DNA of 64,000 nt, taken from an uncultured delta proteobacterium. GTDB taxonomy: Bacteria > Desulfobacterota > BSN033 > UBA1163. Position 1 is the first letter of the stretch. The number at the start of each line of letters is the position of its first letter. Made by a program: the position numbers and the translations under genes. Under the pieces are notes generated by a model. That model did not search any database, was not told the origin of the DNA, and saw nothing but the letters and a program-made list of their open reading frames with translations. The stretch spans positions 64,001-128,000 of the forward strand of contig CAWHBU010000001.1 in NCBI GenBank assembly GCA_963827685.1, given 5' to 3'. Positions 1 through 10,011 of the stretch are shown in pieces.

Positions 1-445
1 TTGAAGGCAGCTTGCAGCCATCCACTGCAAACATCTCTTTCCCGATCAGCCCCATCTCATCGCAGATCAACAGTATCTCTAGAAACAGATGGATGATCTC
101 CTGGCCCGAGGTCGAAATGAAGTCTGAGATCGTTGTAAAGTGAGGCTGCGTATCCGCCGAGAGCGCCATGAAGATAACATTCTCTTGACAACACTGCGCT
201 ATCTTTCGGCTCGAGGTGATTCCTCGTGAGTACACATACAGGATAATCTTTAATAGGACGGCGGGATCGTATGCCGGCGCTCCCATCTCGTCGTTTCGGT
301 ACCGGCAATCAAAAATCGACAGGTCTATCTCGTTGTCAATGAGGTAATGAAGGCTATACTCAAACGTCCCGGGTAAGATCTGTCGGTCAAAGTGGATCGG
401 TATGAACTTTCCCTGTGAATAATCAAACTCTTTGTATCTCGCCAT
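1..445 (-). CDS. IS1182-family transposase, N-terminal part (runs off the window edge)
   Basis: Manual translation from ATG at 445: MARYKEFDYSQGKFIPIHFDRQILPGTFEYSLHYLID...GAPAYDPAVLLKIILYVYSRGITSSRKIAQCC...HFTTISDF...FAVDGCKLPS, typical of IS1182 transposases. Absent from the ORF track because there is no stop codon in the window. Confidence 0.9.
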   Translation of the reverse strand, partial: MARYKEFDYSQGKFIPIHFDRQILPGTFEYSLHYLIDNEIDLSIFDCRYRNDEMGAPAYDPAVLLKIILYVYSRGITSSRKIAQCCQENVIFMALSADTQPHFTTISDFISTSGQEIIHLFLEILLICDEMGLIGKEMFAVDGCKLPS

Positions 446-513
446 CCAGTCCCTCCTAAGCGGTCTCCGCTCTCTTTGCCGCTACTGATATGGCGATTTT
501 ATCATGCTTTTAA

Positions 514-531
514 GACTTTTTCTACAGCCTC
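514..531 (-). mobile_element. Probable left terminal inverted repeat of the IS1182 element
   Basis: Minus strand reads GAGGCTGTAGAAAAAGTC about 70 nt upstream of the transposase start, resembling IS1182-family ends. The partner end is outside the window. Confidence 0.65.
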
Positions 532-1298
532 AATGTCGGCATTGTTAAGAGAAAGATCTCCAGAGAGGCTCCTCCTTGCCTTCCAATCATAGAGGTAAAT
601 ATCATCTCCTTTCTCTTGATTCAGAACTCACCCCCACTTAACCAACGAAAAACATCCCAGACAGGCTACCGATCATCGAGCCGTCAGCCACCGGCTTTGT
701 TAGGAGGCGTTATGGGTGTGAGCTCAAGTTGAGGCCCGGTAAGTATTCATCAAGAACCACTGTGACTAAATTGTGACTGAATTAACTCAAACCGACTAAA
801 ATAGATAGAATAGACTGGAATAGATTGAAAAGCATTTTCTCAATATATTTAAACAATTACGGGGAACCAGACCGAAAATCAAAGGGTTAGAAAAACCTGT
901 CTTGCGAGTGCGGCGGCGGAAGGTACGAGGGCGTTGAAAAGTTTTTTGATCACCTGCAAGTCATTGCAAGCCCAGGTTGGAAATAAGGAAGTGGATTGAG
1001 CCTGCCGAACCGTTCACTAAGATGGATGAAGACTTTCTGCGTTTAGAGCTTTCCCTTTAGTTTTCAATAGGTTTAGAGGCTCTATCTGTAACTGAAGCTT
1101 TTAGAAAACCCAGGACGCCCGGGGCTAAAGAAATCAAGAGAAGAAAGAGACATGGGATATATGGGTATCATCAAGATTGGGTAGAGAGTAACTTCGGAAA
1201 GAAGGAGGACCTTTAGTCCAAAGATACTTAGGCAATAGTCGAGGGCTATAGGCTTTTCTTGGTACGAAATTGTTAACCGATAACATGGAGGTGTTAGT

Positions 1299-1508
1299 AT
1301 GAAAAAGCTTCTTTTTACATTTATTTTCTTGCTAGTGGTCGCATCCACCGCTTTTGGGCAGGCCAACGGAAAGCTCCAGATTCATTTCATAATAGATGTC
1401 GGCCAGGGAGATGCAGCGATTCTGATTTCGCCAAAGGGCGAGACAGTTCTTTTCGACAACGGCGTGGCAAAATTCTGTGACATGCCCATCTCGTACTTGG
1501 CCTCTTAA
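1299..1508 (+). pseudogene. Truncated ComEC/Rec2-like metallo-beta-lactamase-fold secreted protein
   Basis: GGAGG RBS, signal peptide, LQIHFIIDVGQGDAAILISPKGETVLFDNG motif; stops before the HxHxDH motif. Confidence 0.75.
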
Positions 1509-1817
1509 GCCAAACTCGAGCACCCCTCCATCTCTGGCGGGCCCGATGAAACGACAGACCTGAGAAAGTTTCATAAAGCTATGACTGTACTAAGTTTGAT
1601 GTTTCTGCAGGGTTTGGAATCGTAGTCAATAACTATACCGATCCTTTCTACAATTCAGAGATTTCATGGATGCATTTGGCATCTTTAATGTAGATTTGGA
1701 TTTTTTTTAGGTCTCAAAGAACAAGTCTAAATTGTTCATGGTTTCAAACTTCACCTTAGCCGACATTCATCTCATCTGCACATCACCTCCTTAACTGGAA
1801 CCACTCCGATTGATAAA

Positions 1818-2219
1818 TTATTTTGGTTTTGGAGGAGCCTTACTCGGATCGTCCAGCTTATATCTTCTTGACCTTTCCCTATCACGTTCCTTTTGCTTTT
1901 CGTTTTCACGCCTGGATATTTCCTTTGGGTCCTGTCTTGTCGTTTTCGGGGATTTCACAGTTCCTGAGCTTTGGGCAGGAGTATCAAAACCTCTTCCCGC
2001 CTTTTCCTTGGCGCTTCGCAAATTTCCCTTCTCGGCATCCCTTTTGGCATCTGTAGAATGCCTCTCCACGCCTTTGAGTTGATTCAAGGACTTGTTCTCT
2101 TTCGGTGCACTCTTTTGCTTTGTCGTTGTGCTCTTGTTGACATCATATTTGCTTTCTCCATATGCAACCACAGCAAATATGAACACCATAGCCATCATAA
2201 CGATCAACATTTTTTTCAT
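1818..2219 (-). CDS. Secreted basic low-complexity hypothetical protein
   Basis: GGAGGTG RBS before ATG 2219; signal peptide MKKMLIVMMAMVFIFAVVAYG; Lys/Arg/Glu-rich body. Confidence 0.7.
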   Translation of the reverse strand: MKKMLIVMMAMVFIFAVVAYGESKYDVNKSTTTKQKSAPKENKSLNQLKGVERHSTDAKRDAEKGNLRSAKEKAGRGFDTPAQSSGTVKSPKTTRQDPKEISRRENEKQKERDRERSRRYKLDDPSKAPPKPK

Positions 2220-2265
2220 GATCTCACCTCCCTTCCTTTTAAGGTTTGGATTGTATTTGAATAAA

Positions 2266-2454
2266 TTAAGGGATGGGGGACTTGACCTCATCCGTCCCCC
2301 AGAGGTTCACTTGGGCATGCCATTGTCGTCTAAAGGAAGCAAGCTGTTCAAGGGAACAGAAAAACTTCTGTGACATAGGAGTCCACCGTCCACTAAAGAC
2401 AGAATCCTTTGTCACGATTATCTCAACAACCTCTTTCGGTTTTCTCTGTTCCAT
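2266..2454 (-). CDS. Small hypothetical protein
   Basis: 62 aa ORF co-oriented between two exported-protein genes; no family recognised. Confidence 0.35.
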   Translation of the reverse strand: MEQRKPKEVVEIIVTKDSVFSGRWTPMSQKFFCSLEQLASFRRQWHAQVNLWGTDEVKSPIP

Positions 2455-2510
2455 GATTACCCCATTTTTTTTATTTTACTTTTCTCCTTTGTCTGAAACT
2501 TTCTATATAC

Positions 2511-3578
2511 TCATTCCCACCTCTTAGTCATTGGGTTCCAGTGTTTTGGTGGCGGTGTATAGGTCCTTGGTGGAGGAGTATATGTTCGTGGCGGCGTATA
2601 CGTCTTTTTTGGAGGCGTAGATGCCTTCGAAGAAGTATTTGTTTTTGATGGAGGTGTATACGTCCTTTTTGGAGGCGTAGATACCTTCGAAGAAGTATAT
2701 GTTGTTGATGGATGTGTATACGTCCTTTTTGGAGGCGTAGATACCTTCGAAGAAGTATATGTTGTTGATGGATGTGTATATGCCTTATTAACCGAAGCAT
2801 CGTGCTGAATTTCACGCTTTGGATCATTTCTCCAAGGTTGTTTATGGGACTGTACCCACCGATCATGAAATCCACGCCATCCATTTCTCCAACGATTCCG
2901 ATAATATTCAAGTCGACCAGGAGGACATCTATGATGAAATAACAATCTATGTGGGTCACCCGGCGCTACATAATAAAACCCTCCACCATAAAAGTATAAA
3001 GATATGCCATCAATATCAAAAGGCCCATTGTAATATACGCCATCCCCTTCAGGAGGACCTTCAGCGCCTACATTAAGAGTTACATCTGGATCGGTCTCCG
3101 GCGGATTAGCAGATACCTGTACTTCTTCATGAAGTGGTTGGACCGTTTCCACTTCTTTCTTCATATCCGGCGGATTAGCAGATACCTCTGCTTCTTCATG
3201 AAGTGGTTGGACCGTTTCCACTTCTTTCTTCATATCCGGCGGATCAGCAGATGCCTCTGCTTCTTCATGAAGTGGTTGGACCGTTCTCACTTTTTTCTTC
3301 ATATAAGGTGAAGGTAACGGTACTACTGATTCGGAAGGTTCCCATGTTTGACTTTTAGAGAGAATATTTCCGGCGTTATCGCAAGTTAATGTCACATTTA
3401 GCACGCCAGAACCTCTCCGGCCTGCTTTATTGAAAGAATAATAATAAATGGTATGATCCTCTTGTTGTTCTACTCTTACCGGAGGGCCCCATCTTTGCTC
3501 GACCCTACCTATGGTATGAGCACATCCAAATAATCCAAACACCATAGTTAACAAAACAAATAACAAAATCCTTTTCAT
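2511..3578 (-). CDS. Lipoprotein with internal tandem repeats and Pro/Thr-rich tail
   Basis: GGAGG RBS, lipobox LFGC, 3 x 23-aa acidic repeats and 3 x 20-aa YTHPSTTYTSSKVSTPPKRT repeats. Confidence 0.85.
   Translation of the reverse strand: MKRILLFVLLTMVFGLFGCAHTIGRVEQRWGPPVRVEQQEDHTIYYYSFNKAGRRGSGVLNVTLTCDNAGNILSKSQTWEPSESVVPLPSPYMKKKVRTVQPLHEEAEASADPPDMKKEVETVQPLHEEAEVSANPPDMKKEVETVQPLHEEVQVSANPPETDPDVTLNVGAEGPPEGDGVYYNGPFDIDGISLYFYGGGFYYVAPGDPHRLLFHHRCPPGRLEYYRNRWRNGWRGFHDRWVQSHKQPWRNDPKREIQHDASVNKAYTHPSTTYTSSKVSTPPKRTYTHPSTTYTSSKVSTPPKRTYTPPSKTNTSSKASTPPKKTYTPPRTYTPPPRTYTPPPKHWNPMTKRWE
2595..2780. repeat. About 3 x 60-bp in-frame tandem repeat
   Basis: GGAGGCGTAGAT(A/G)CCTTCGAAGAAGTAT recurs with a 60-nt period. 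Confidence 0.95.
3098..3304. repeat. 3 x 69-bp in-frame tandem repeat
   Basis: CTTCTTCATGAAGTGGTTGGACCGTT at 3122, 3191 and 3260. Confidence 0.95.
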
Positions 3579-3642
3579 TTTTGACCTCCTTGATTAAACT
3601 TACAAAAGATGACCTCATAGAATCATCCTCCCAGAACCATAA

Positions 3643-3689
3643 ATAAAAAACCGGATTACCTATTTGAATAAAGCCACGGTAATCCGGTT
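3643..3689 (-). terminator. Intrinsic terminator of the riboswitch expression platform
   Basis: AACCGGATTACC...GGTAATCCGGTT stem followed by a U tract on the minus strand, upstream of the lipoprotein start. Confidence 0.85.
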
Positions 3690-3697
3690 CATTTATC

Positions 3698-3772
3698 CTT
3701 CGGCAACCCGGCTATCCCATTGGGACCCGTGGCTTTCCGTCCCACGATTACTCGTGGTTTGGCTTTATCGGC
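3698..3772 (-). ncRNA. c-di-GMP-I (GEMM-I) riboswitch aptamer
   Basis: Minus strand CGATAAAGCCAAACCACGAGTAATCGTGGGACGGAAAGCCACGGGTCCCAATGGGATAGCCGGGTTGCCGAA fits the GEMM-I layout: AAACC-P2 with GNRA loop, GGGACGGAAAG junction, P3, GGGTTGCCGA. Confidence 0.92.
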
Positions 3773-3796
3773 AATTTATTTTTTGGTAATTATAAC

Positions 3797-3813
3797 AGCA
3801 ACTTTTATGCCAA
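3797..3813 (-). promoter_or_regulatory. Sigma-54 (-24/-12) promoter
   Basis: TTGGCATAAAAGTTGCT (GG-N10-GC) positioned to start transcription just before the riboswitch. Confidence 0.8.
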
Positions 3814-4245
3814 CAAAGCCATAAGCTATTAAGCATTTGATATTTAATAAGTTTTTTGAAATACGGGAAATCTAAAAACCGCAAAAAATGAGACTATTTG
3901 TCATAATAGAATACCAATTAGAGTCTGTAGTAGAAGAAATTATGACAGTAGCATAAAGAATAATTTTAGATATTAGGATACGATGAGAGATGAATATGTA
4001 CAGTTCTGATCTGCTCTCTATAGCTTCCGCAGCATTACTGGACACACCTTCCCTGAATGCATTAGCTATAACGTCCGAACGGTTCCTCTATGGCACAGCC
4101 GCTCAACAGTAAGACCCAACATGCGCACACGAGACTAAATGCACCAACTCCACGGTGCGAATCTGTTTGTGCAAAATCAGGATTACGATTTGAAATGTTG
4201 TATTATAGGGCAAAATCTAAAAATGAAGAGTACAGTCAACTATTT

Positions 4246-5437
4246 TTATATAGCCTCCTTTACATTGAAACATGTTCGCTGAGAAAGCATTGCAAAGATC
4301 ACTCGAATGAGTTTATGAGCTACAGCAAATAAGGCTTTTTGAGGGGGGAGTCCTTCCTTCCTTCTTTCTCCTCAGGAAATAGGCTTTAAAGAAAACATTT
4401 TGAGACACCACAGAGGTCGTCATAAGATAAATCGCTCTTCTTAAATGCCGATTGCCTCGTTTCGACAGTTTGCTGGCACCCAGAAATTTCCCTGACTGAT
4501 GAATCGAAGGATCCAATCCCGCAAAGGCAATCAGCTTCTTAGAAGAAGTAAAATTCTTCACCTCCCCCACTTCCGCAAGAAAAGGGACAGCGGTATTTGG
4601 ACCTACTCCCTTGATCGATTGGAGGATCTTCAAATCTTCTACTCTCGTCGCTTTGCATAAGTCGGTCAGAAGTTTAGTCAATCCCTCCATCCGCTCTTGA
4701 AGATGTAACAAGGTGGCAATCTTCCCTTGAACAATGACCTCTTTTGCTGGACTCGCCACGGCCACGGAACTCTGGGCCGCCTTAACGATATCCTCCGCCG
4801 TAAACGTCAGTTTGTCCCCCACATAGGGCCCCCTCAACGCCTTTGCGATCGCCTTCCGTTTCGCCCCTCTCACCAAACGAGCCGATGGATACTGCTGCAA
4901 AAAACGAAGCATCACACCTGTATAGAGATTCCCGATGGATTCAAGCTCCGGAAAGATCGTTCTCAGTACCCTCTTGATCTCTACCTTGGTCGCTGAAATG
5001 AGATGACAGAGTGACTCCCTTTCTCGGGACAGATCCCTCAGATCCTGATGATCTTGGGAAATAGAGAATTGCGAAATCTCTTCATGGTGATCCAAAAGAA
5101 ATCTCGCGATCGTCAGAGCGTCCTTTTTATCCGTCTTCGTTTTCCTCAGGGAAAGCTTCGCAAAATTGGAAATCAACAGAGGATTCACCACGACCGTACG
5201 GATTCCTTGGGAACTAAGAAACGAGAAAAGATTGATATGATAGCACCCGGTAGACTCCATGGCCACGATCATCTGATCCAGTCTCTCACCATGAGAAGAA
5301 AGGGCCTTCAGGAACTCTGAAAACCCATGGGAGTTCATTTCATAAGTCCCCGAGAAATGCCCTTTGCCCTCCTCATCCAGGCCAGCTGCAGAGAAGAAAT
5401 CCTTTGAAACATCCGCTCCAACCAAAAGCTTATACAT
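4246..5437 (-). pseudogene. IS110-family recombinase with late frameshift
   Basis: GADVSKD, AMESTGCY, KTDKKDA (DEDD) and AGLDPSIHQSG motifs. An extra 4 nt in the GAAGGAAGGAAGGA run near 4352-4362 shifts the frame. The corrected C-terminus reads GLPPQKALFAVAHKLIRVIFAMLSQRTCFNVKEAI, stop at 4246. Confidence 0.88.
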
Positions 5438-5469
5438 CTTTCTCCCTCCTTTCCTGAATCGGCAGGACA

Positions 5470-5605
5470 ATGCCTCCCAACCAAACCTCCACCGTGACCA
5501 GGGTTCACAGACCCAATCAACCTATTAGGGTTAAGGGAGGCAGGGAACACACTGTACTAAGGGTTCTCAGACCCAGGAAGTAGTTCGTTCTCCTGCCTTT
5601 CCAAT
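5470..5605 (-). ncRNA. Predicted IS110 bridge RNA
   Basis: Two consecutive hairpins (AGGCAGG/CCTGCCT and GCCTCCC/GGGAGGC), each with a large internal loop and a similar apical stem GGGTCTG(A/T)GAACCC. Loop 1 contains TTAGTACAGT, the exact complement of the reconstituted donor junction. Confidence 0.75.
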
Positions 5606-5694
5606 CTCTGATTCTTCTATAACACAATTGTTAGTAGGAGGAAGAAGTCCTCGGGGATCAGATATTCGTGGCGGGATGATTTTCCATGAGTCTA

Positions 5695-6194
5695 TTACTT
5701 TTTTAATACTTCCACCACGTCTATCTGACTGAAAAGCCACTTCTTTTCGATTTTCCTTAGGAGACATTCAAGTTCCCGCGTTTCATCCATCCGTTCTCCA
5801 GCCGTGGATCTACCCATGAGCCTGGCGGTTAAAGTGACTTTAGCTACTTCCTTTTCAGGGAAAACGATTTGAAGGTCATAAAATTTTAGATCGAGCTGCG
5901 AGACATGGGAACGGGCGCTGCCTGCATAGGTGGATATTTCTTCACGTGTATAAGTTCCTGAAAGAGATTGGTCGGGGACTTTTAGCTCGCAATGGGCATC
6001 AAATAAGGTACCGATGTTTTTCATTCTTGTAGCATGGTGAAGGCATTTTCTTCCGTAGACTTTGAAACCCATTTGGATAGGAGATGGAACTGCTTCTTTA
6101 CCCTCTTCTCCTCGCTCGGAAAAACAGCGATGGCAATCACACTCCCGATGATCACAATCAGCACGCCGGTGAAGAGATATTTTATTTTCACCAT
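5695..6194 (-). pseudogene. Membrane-anchored NTF2/SnoaL-like hypothetical protein, frameshifted near 6027
   Basis: N-terminus MVKIKYLFTGVLIVIIGSVIAIAVFPSEEKRVKKQF... overlaps the lepB stop. It joins MKNIGTLFD...WLFSQIDVVEVLKK only with a 1-nt shift (real lesion or read error). Confidence 0.6.
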
Positions 6195-6688
6195 AAGGGC
6201 ACCCCCATGATTCGCCTCCTCGAAGCTTGTCCAAAATGATGATCTTCTATTGGCATGCTCCGATTATCCCCGACCACATAGATAAAATCCTTTTCAACTT
6301 GGCGAGGAGGAAGATTCCAGTTACATGGATAACGGACATAAGGTTCTTCTATCTCCTTGCCGTCAATAAAAAGTTCTCCATCACGGAATTCAACGTGTTC
6401 GCCCTCCCGGGCGACCACACGTTTTAGAAGCATCACTTTACTCCCGGCAAAACGTACCGCTACGACATCATGCCTTTTAGGTTCTGAAAAAAGATAACGC
6501 AACCTCCAGCAAAAATTTACCCCTCCGTTGTGATAGGTTGGCTCCATACTGACTCCCTGAATCGTGAAAGGGATGCAGAGGTAACCGAAAAAAAGATAGG
6601 CGAAGAGTGCAATCAGGGAGACCCTGATCAGGAACTTTGGTGTCAAAGAGGGAAAAAAGAATTGTCGGACCTGATTCTTGAAGGCCAT
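6188..6688 (-). CDS. lepB: Signal peptidase I
   Basis: GVSMEPT, LLKRVVA and VVGDNR motifs; one N-terminal TM segment. Confidence 0.92.
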   Translation of the reverse strand: MAFKNQVRQFFFPSLTPKFLIRVSLIALFAYLFFGYLCIPFTIQGVSMEPTYHNGGVNFCWRLRYLFSEPKRHDVVAVRFAGSKVMLLKRVVAREGEHVEFRDGELFIDGKEIEEPYVRYPCNWNLPPRQVEKDFIYVVGDNRSMPIEDHHFGQASRRRIMGVPLW

Positions 6689-6910
6689 GCTGTCCGTTTA
6701 ATAGAAACGTCATCAATAAGTCGCCATCAAGGCGTATCACTGCGAATCCCGCCCTGCGGGACTCCTCGTAATGACTACTTCATTTAGTCGCTTATTAATT
6801 TAATAATATAGCCTAAAGTTTGTCTGTCTGCAAAAACAGCTTAGGGATGGAAAATAGTAGGAAATTGATGTCCAGGTTGTTTGAAATTTAATAAATGGAA
6901 AGGGAGCTTT

Positions 6911-7327
6911 TTAGAAGATTACGCCCATTGTCTCCCCAGCGGTTTCGCTGCTCCGCCTTCTGCTTATTTGCAATGCGGTATGAATGGTTTCCAACAACTC
7001 TTCCGGTTGATATGGCTTCATGACGTAACCAGAAGCACCCAACTTGTAAGCCCTTTCCTCGCCCCCTGGAATCCCTGTGAGGAAGATGATGGGAATATGC
7101 TGGGTAGCCGTAGACTGTTTCAATCGCTCTGCGACAACAAATCCACCCCCCCCGGGTATCATGATATCGAGGATGATCAGGTCCGGGTTCTCTTTATTGG
7201 CAATCGTAAATGCTTGGACACTGTTAGAGGCTAATATGACGTGGTATCCATTCGCTTTGAGTCGAACCTTCAAAGCCTTTGCCATATCTTGTTCACCATC
7301 GACCACGAGAATTTTTTGCTTCGTCAT
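6911..7327 (-). CDS. Single-domain response regulator receiver
   Basis: ILVVDGE, PDLIILDIMIPG, IIFLTG, YVMKPY; the second acidic-pocket residue is Gly. Confidence 0.9.
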   Translation of the reverse strand: MTKQKILVVDGEQDMAKALKVRLKANGYHVILASNSVQAFTIANKENPDLIILDIMIPGGGGFVVAERLKQSTATQHIPIIFLTGIPGGEERAYKLGASGYVMKPYQPEELLETIHTALQISRRRSSETAGETMGVIF

Positions 7328-7785
7328 CTTGTTTTACTTCCGATCCTTCTATGGTTTCTTAACTATTCTTCCTCCTCAAAATCATCTTCAACGAAAATCT
7401 CATTGGCTTTGCAAAGAACCTTCATGTTGTCTTCATCAGTTTGAACGAACACTTGCTTCGACAATTCTTCCATCCATTGATCGAAGTTTTTCAACTTTCT
7501 TCCCCCCAGTCGTATTGAGTCCCCAGATATCTGTAGGAGCAATTTCTTTGCCAATCGGATTGAATTTGAGGAGATGGGAATAACTTCTTGAAATATATAG
7601 GAATTTATTTAAGGGCCCAGATTTTTATTGATGATTCGTTCTATGAGAGATGACACCAATTGTCACCTCAAAAGCGTTTATCGTCTTTCGTCGGGCCAGG
7701 CTATCATCTGCCTCAACTTCTTCCTCACGGATCATCTCTTCCGTGACCTTTCCCCCTGGTCCAACTGGAGAAGAAGGTGAGGGGA

Positions 7786-8718
7786 TTAGAATACCTTGGA
7801 AAAACGGAGAGAAATTTTCTTGCCTTCGGACCTGTTTTCAGCACCTGTCTCATAGAAGGCATTCAGATAGATAAAGAAACCCTTCTTTGAGAACATGAAT
7901 CCTGGGCCAATGGCAAAAACCTCCTCTTTTGAATGAGGTATCTTTCGGCTATCGACTTTGTCAGAAGTGATTTGATCCAGGTAATAGCCGGCAATGCCTG
8001 CTCTCAATCCATTCAAGATTTCGTAAGAAAAGGCATAATTAAAATGAAAAGCCTGGCCTGGCTGAACGCTGTCGGCAGCGAAGGCTTTAGGGGGATTGTG
8101 ATTCTTTGAGTTCCAGAGGTAGTGGAATCTCCAGCTCGTTTCCAATTTTGGCGTGATGAAGAGCGTGAATGCATAGTAAGGATTGAAACTATAGAGATGA
8201 CTGCCGATATTCACAGCAGAATCTTTATCATATCTGCCGGTCGGAAGAATGAAGGGAAAATCGATTCGATGAAAATAGGGCATATTGAAAATTTTATGGT
8301 CCACCCATTGGATGATAAAAGGGCTTAAGGTTAAATCACCCAGGCCACTCTGATGACCGCGAATTCCCAAATCCGTATCGAGATCAACCCTAACAGCGGG
8401 CAACAGGGCCTCAAAGCCGTAGTATCCTCCCAGGATCTTCCATTTCGTCAAATAGGCCACATGGGTAAGGCTGATCCAGTTCACCACAGAATTATCTCCA
8501 GGAATTTTTATCCCTTTGAAATCGGTGAACCTGTTGGCATGATAATATTCAATCGTCTCCTCGAGGAGAAGACCAGGGCCGGCCACACCATCCAAAAAAT
8601 TTGAATCTCCGAGATTAACAGGGGGTAACGTGACCTCCTGTCCCAATGTGGCGCAAGGGATCAGGGTGAAAACAATGAATGGTACGAGGGCGATCCTCTT
8701 GAACGAGGTCATAGCCAA
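7786..8718 (-). CDS. SphA/MetA-pathway-of-phenol-degradation family outer-membrane protein
   Basis: Signal peptide, NLGDSNFLDG, GLGDLTL, LPTGRYD, QPGQAFHFNY, terminal Phe. Confidence 0.85.
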   Translation of the reverse strand: MAMTSFKRIALVPFIVFTLIPCATLGQEVTLPPVNLGDSNFLDGVAGPGLLLEETIEYYHANRFTDFKGIKIPGDNSVVNWISLTHVAYLTKWKILGGYYGFEALLPAVRVDLDTDLGIRGHQSGLGDLTLSPFIIQWVDHKIFNMPYFHRIDFPFILPTGRYDKDSAVNIGSHLYSFNPYYAFTLFITPKLETSWRFHYLWNSKNHNPPKAFAADSVQPGQAFHFNYAFSYEILNGLRAGIAGYYLDQITSDKVDSRKIPHSKEEVFAIGPGFMFSKKGFFIYLNAFYETGAENRSEGKKISLRFSKVF

Positions 8719-8892
8719 TGTCCATCGATAAGCAAAATGAACAGTGGGCTATCATAAGAGAAAATGAGCCATACGTCAATAGAACCGATGGCCGATCGAT
8801 CGCCTCACAAAGAATGTCACTCAACGCCTGATTAAAGAGGTAGAAAAATCTCTCCAGCGCTCTTCAGCCTTGCCGAGACCGTGAAGGGTTAA

Positions 8893-9049
8893 TGAAGCTC
8901 CCCGCCCACAGGGCGGGGCTTCACGGATAGCCGAGGCTTTCCAGCCTCGGCGGAAATGCTGGCGGGACAAGAATGTCCCGCCTATCGAAATCTGACTTGC
9001 TGCATTCATCCCCGCCCACGGGGCGGGGCATTCTGCAGCATTTTCGTAA
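8893..9049 (-). mobile_element. IS200/IS605-derived miniature element with nested REP palindromes
   Basis: Minus strand TTAC|GAAAATGCTGCAGAATGCCCCGCCCCGTGGGCGGGGATGAATGCAGC ... GAAGCCCCGCCCTGTGGGCGGGGAGCTTCA: left-end and right-end hairpins with no ORF. Confidence 0.7.
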
Positions 9050-9063
9050 AAAAACTTTTGCGT

Positions 9064-9963
9064 TCAGTTTTTTAGGGAGTGGTGGACGCCCAGGAGAATG
9101 AGAAATCCGCCAATCATTTGCGGGAGAAAAATCGTCTCTCCCATCATGAGGGTGTTGAAAATGACAGCCCATATCGGAACGAAATAGAGGTAGAGCATTG
9201 ACTTCGTGACCCCTATCCTTCCAAGCCCTTCATACCAGAAGACATGACCTAACATTCCAGAAAATAATATAGCATAGCCCATTGACCACCAGGTTCTTTC
9301 CCAAACTTGACCCCACATAACAGGTTGGGTTGAAAAGGGGGAAGCCATCCAGAGGACCAACGAGCCGATGATCATGCAATAGCTCATCAGCCGCAAGGGA
9401 GAGTAAGTTTTTAGAAGCGGCTTGGACCAAACAGAAAAAAAGACGGCTGAACAAAAGCCTGCCATCAAGGTCAATAAATCACCTGGGAGAGTTTCTAATG
9501 AAAAATGAAGTGTGGCAGTGGGTTTCAGCATGACGAGAACCACTCCTACTAAAGCCAATAACATGCCCCAATATTGTTGTTTCCCAACAGGCTCCCTTTT
9601 AACCAAATCGATATAGAGAGTTCCTAAAAGGGGCTGGGTCGAAAGAATCAATGCAGAATTGCTCGGAGAAGTTAGATTCAGGCCAAGGGACCATAGGACC
9701 TGATATAGTCCAAGGCCGAGTCCTCCAATGACGACAACCTTTCCCAAATCTTCCTTCTGGATTCGAATTTCCTTTTCTCGCCAGAAAGTAGCGAGCAACA
9801 AGAGGGTCCCTGTGACCGTGAATCTTAAAGCTCCGAAAAGAAGTGGAGGAAGGGTGTCATAGGCTGATTTGACGATTCCAAAATTGGCGCCCCAGGTCAG
9901 AACAACGATCCCGAGGAAGAAGTGACCAATTCGAAGACTCTCATTTTGCATTTTTCTTCGCAA
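9064..9963 (-). CDS. DMT/EamA family transporter
   Basis: About 10 hydrophobic segments; WGANF and duplicated EamA pattern. Confidence 0.9.
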   Translation of the reverse strand: MRRKMQNESLRIGHFFLGIVVLTWGANFGIVKSAYDTLPPLLFGALRFTVTGTLLLLATFWREKEIRIQKEDLGKVVVIGGLGLGLYQVLWSLGLNLTSPSNSALILSTQPLLGTLYIDLVKREPVGKQQYWGMLLALVGVVLVMLKPTATLHFSLETLPGDLLTLMAGFCSAVFFSVWSKPLLKTYSPLRLMSYCMIIGSLVLWMASPFSTQPVMWGQVWERTWWSMGYAILFSGMLGHVFWYEGLGRIGVTKSMLYLYFVPIWAVIFNTLMMGETIFLPQMIGGFLILLGVHHSLKN

Positions 9964-10011
9964 ACCTTTTAAATCAAATGAAGAACAAGAATGTTCTAAT
10001 CAACAAACCCT

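Larger units (their letters stand above)
4229..5636 (-). mobile_element. IS110-family element
   Basis: TACT core (element sense) at both ends, 4229-4232 and 5633-5636. Joining the ends gives TTGACT-N16-TATAGA, a junction promoter. Contains the recombinase gene and an upstream structured non-coding end. Confidence 0.8.

Noticed and set aside
57-308. 83-aa track ORF
   Set aside because: Out-of-frame shadow of the IS1182 transposase.
761-900. TGTGACTAAATTGTGACTGA as an integrase arm or att site
   Set aside because: Suggestive direct repeat, but no tRNA, integrase or partner site is in the window.
2595-3304. Regularly spaced repeats as a CRISPR array
   Set aside because: Units are contiguous 60- and 69-bp in-frame coding repeats with no unique spacers, and no cas genes are present.
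7363-7760. Short minus-strand ORF fragments upstream of the response regulator
   Set aside because: Possibly gene debris, but no family could be recognised.
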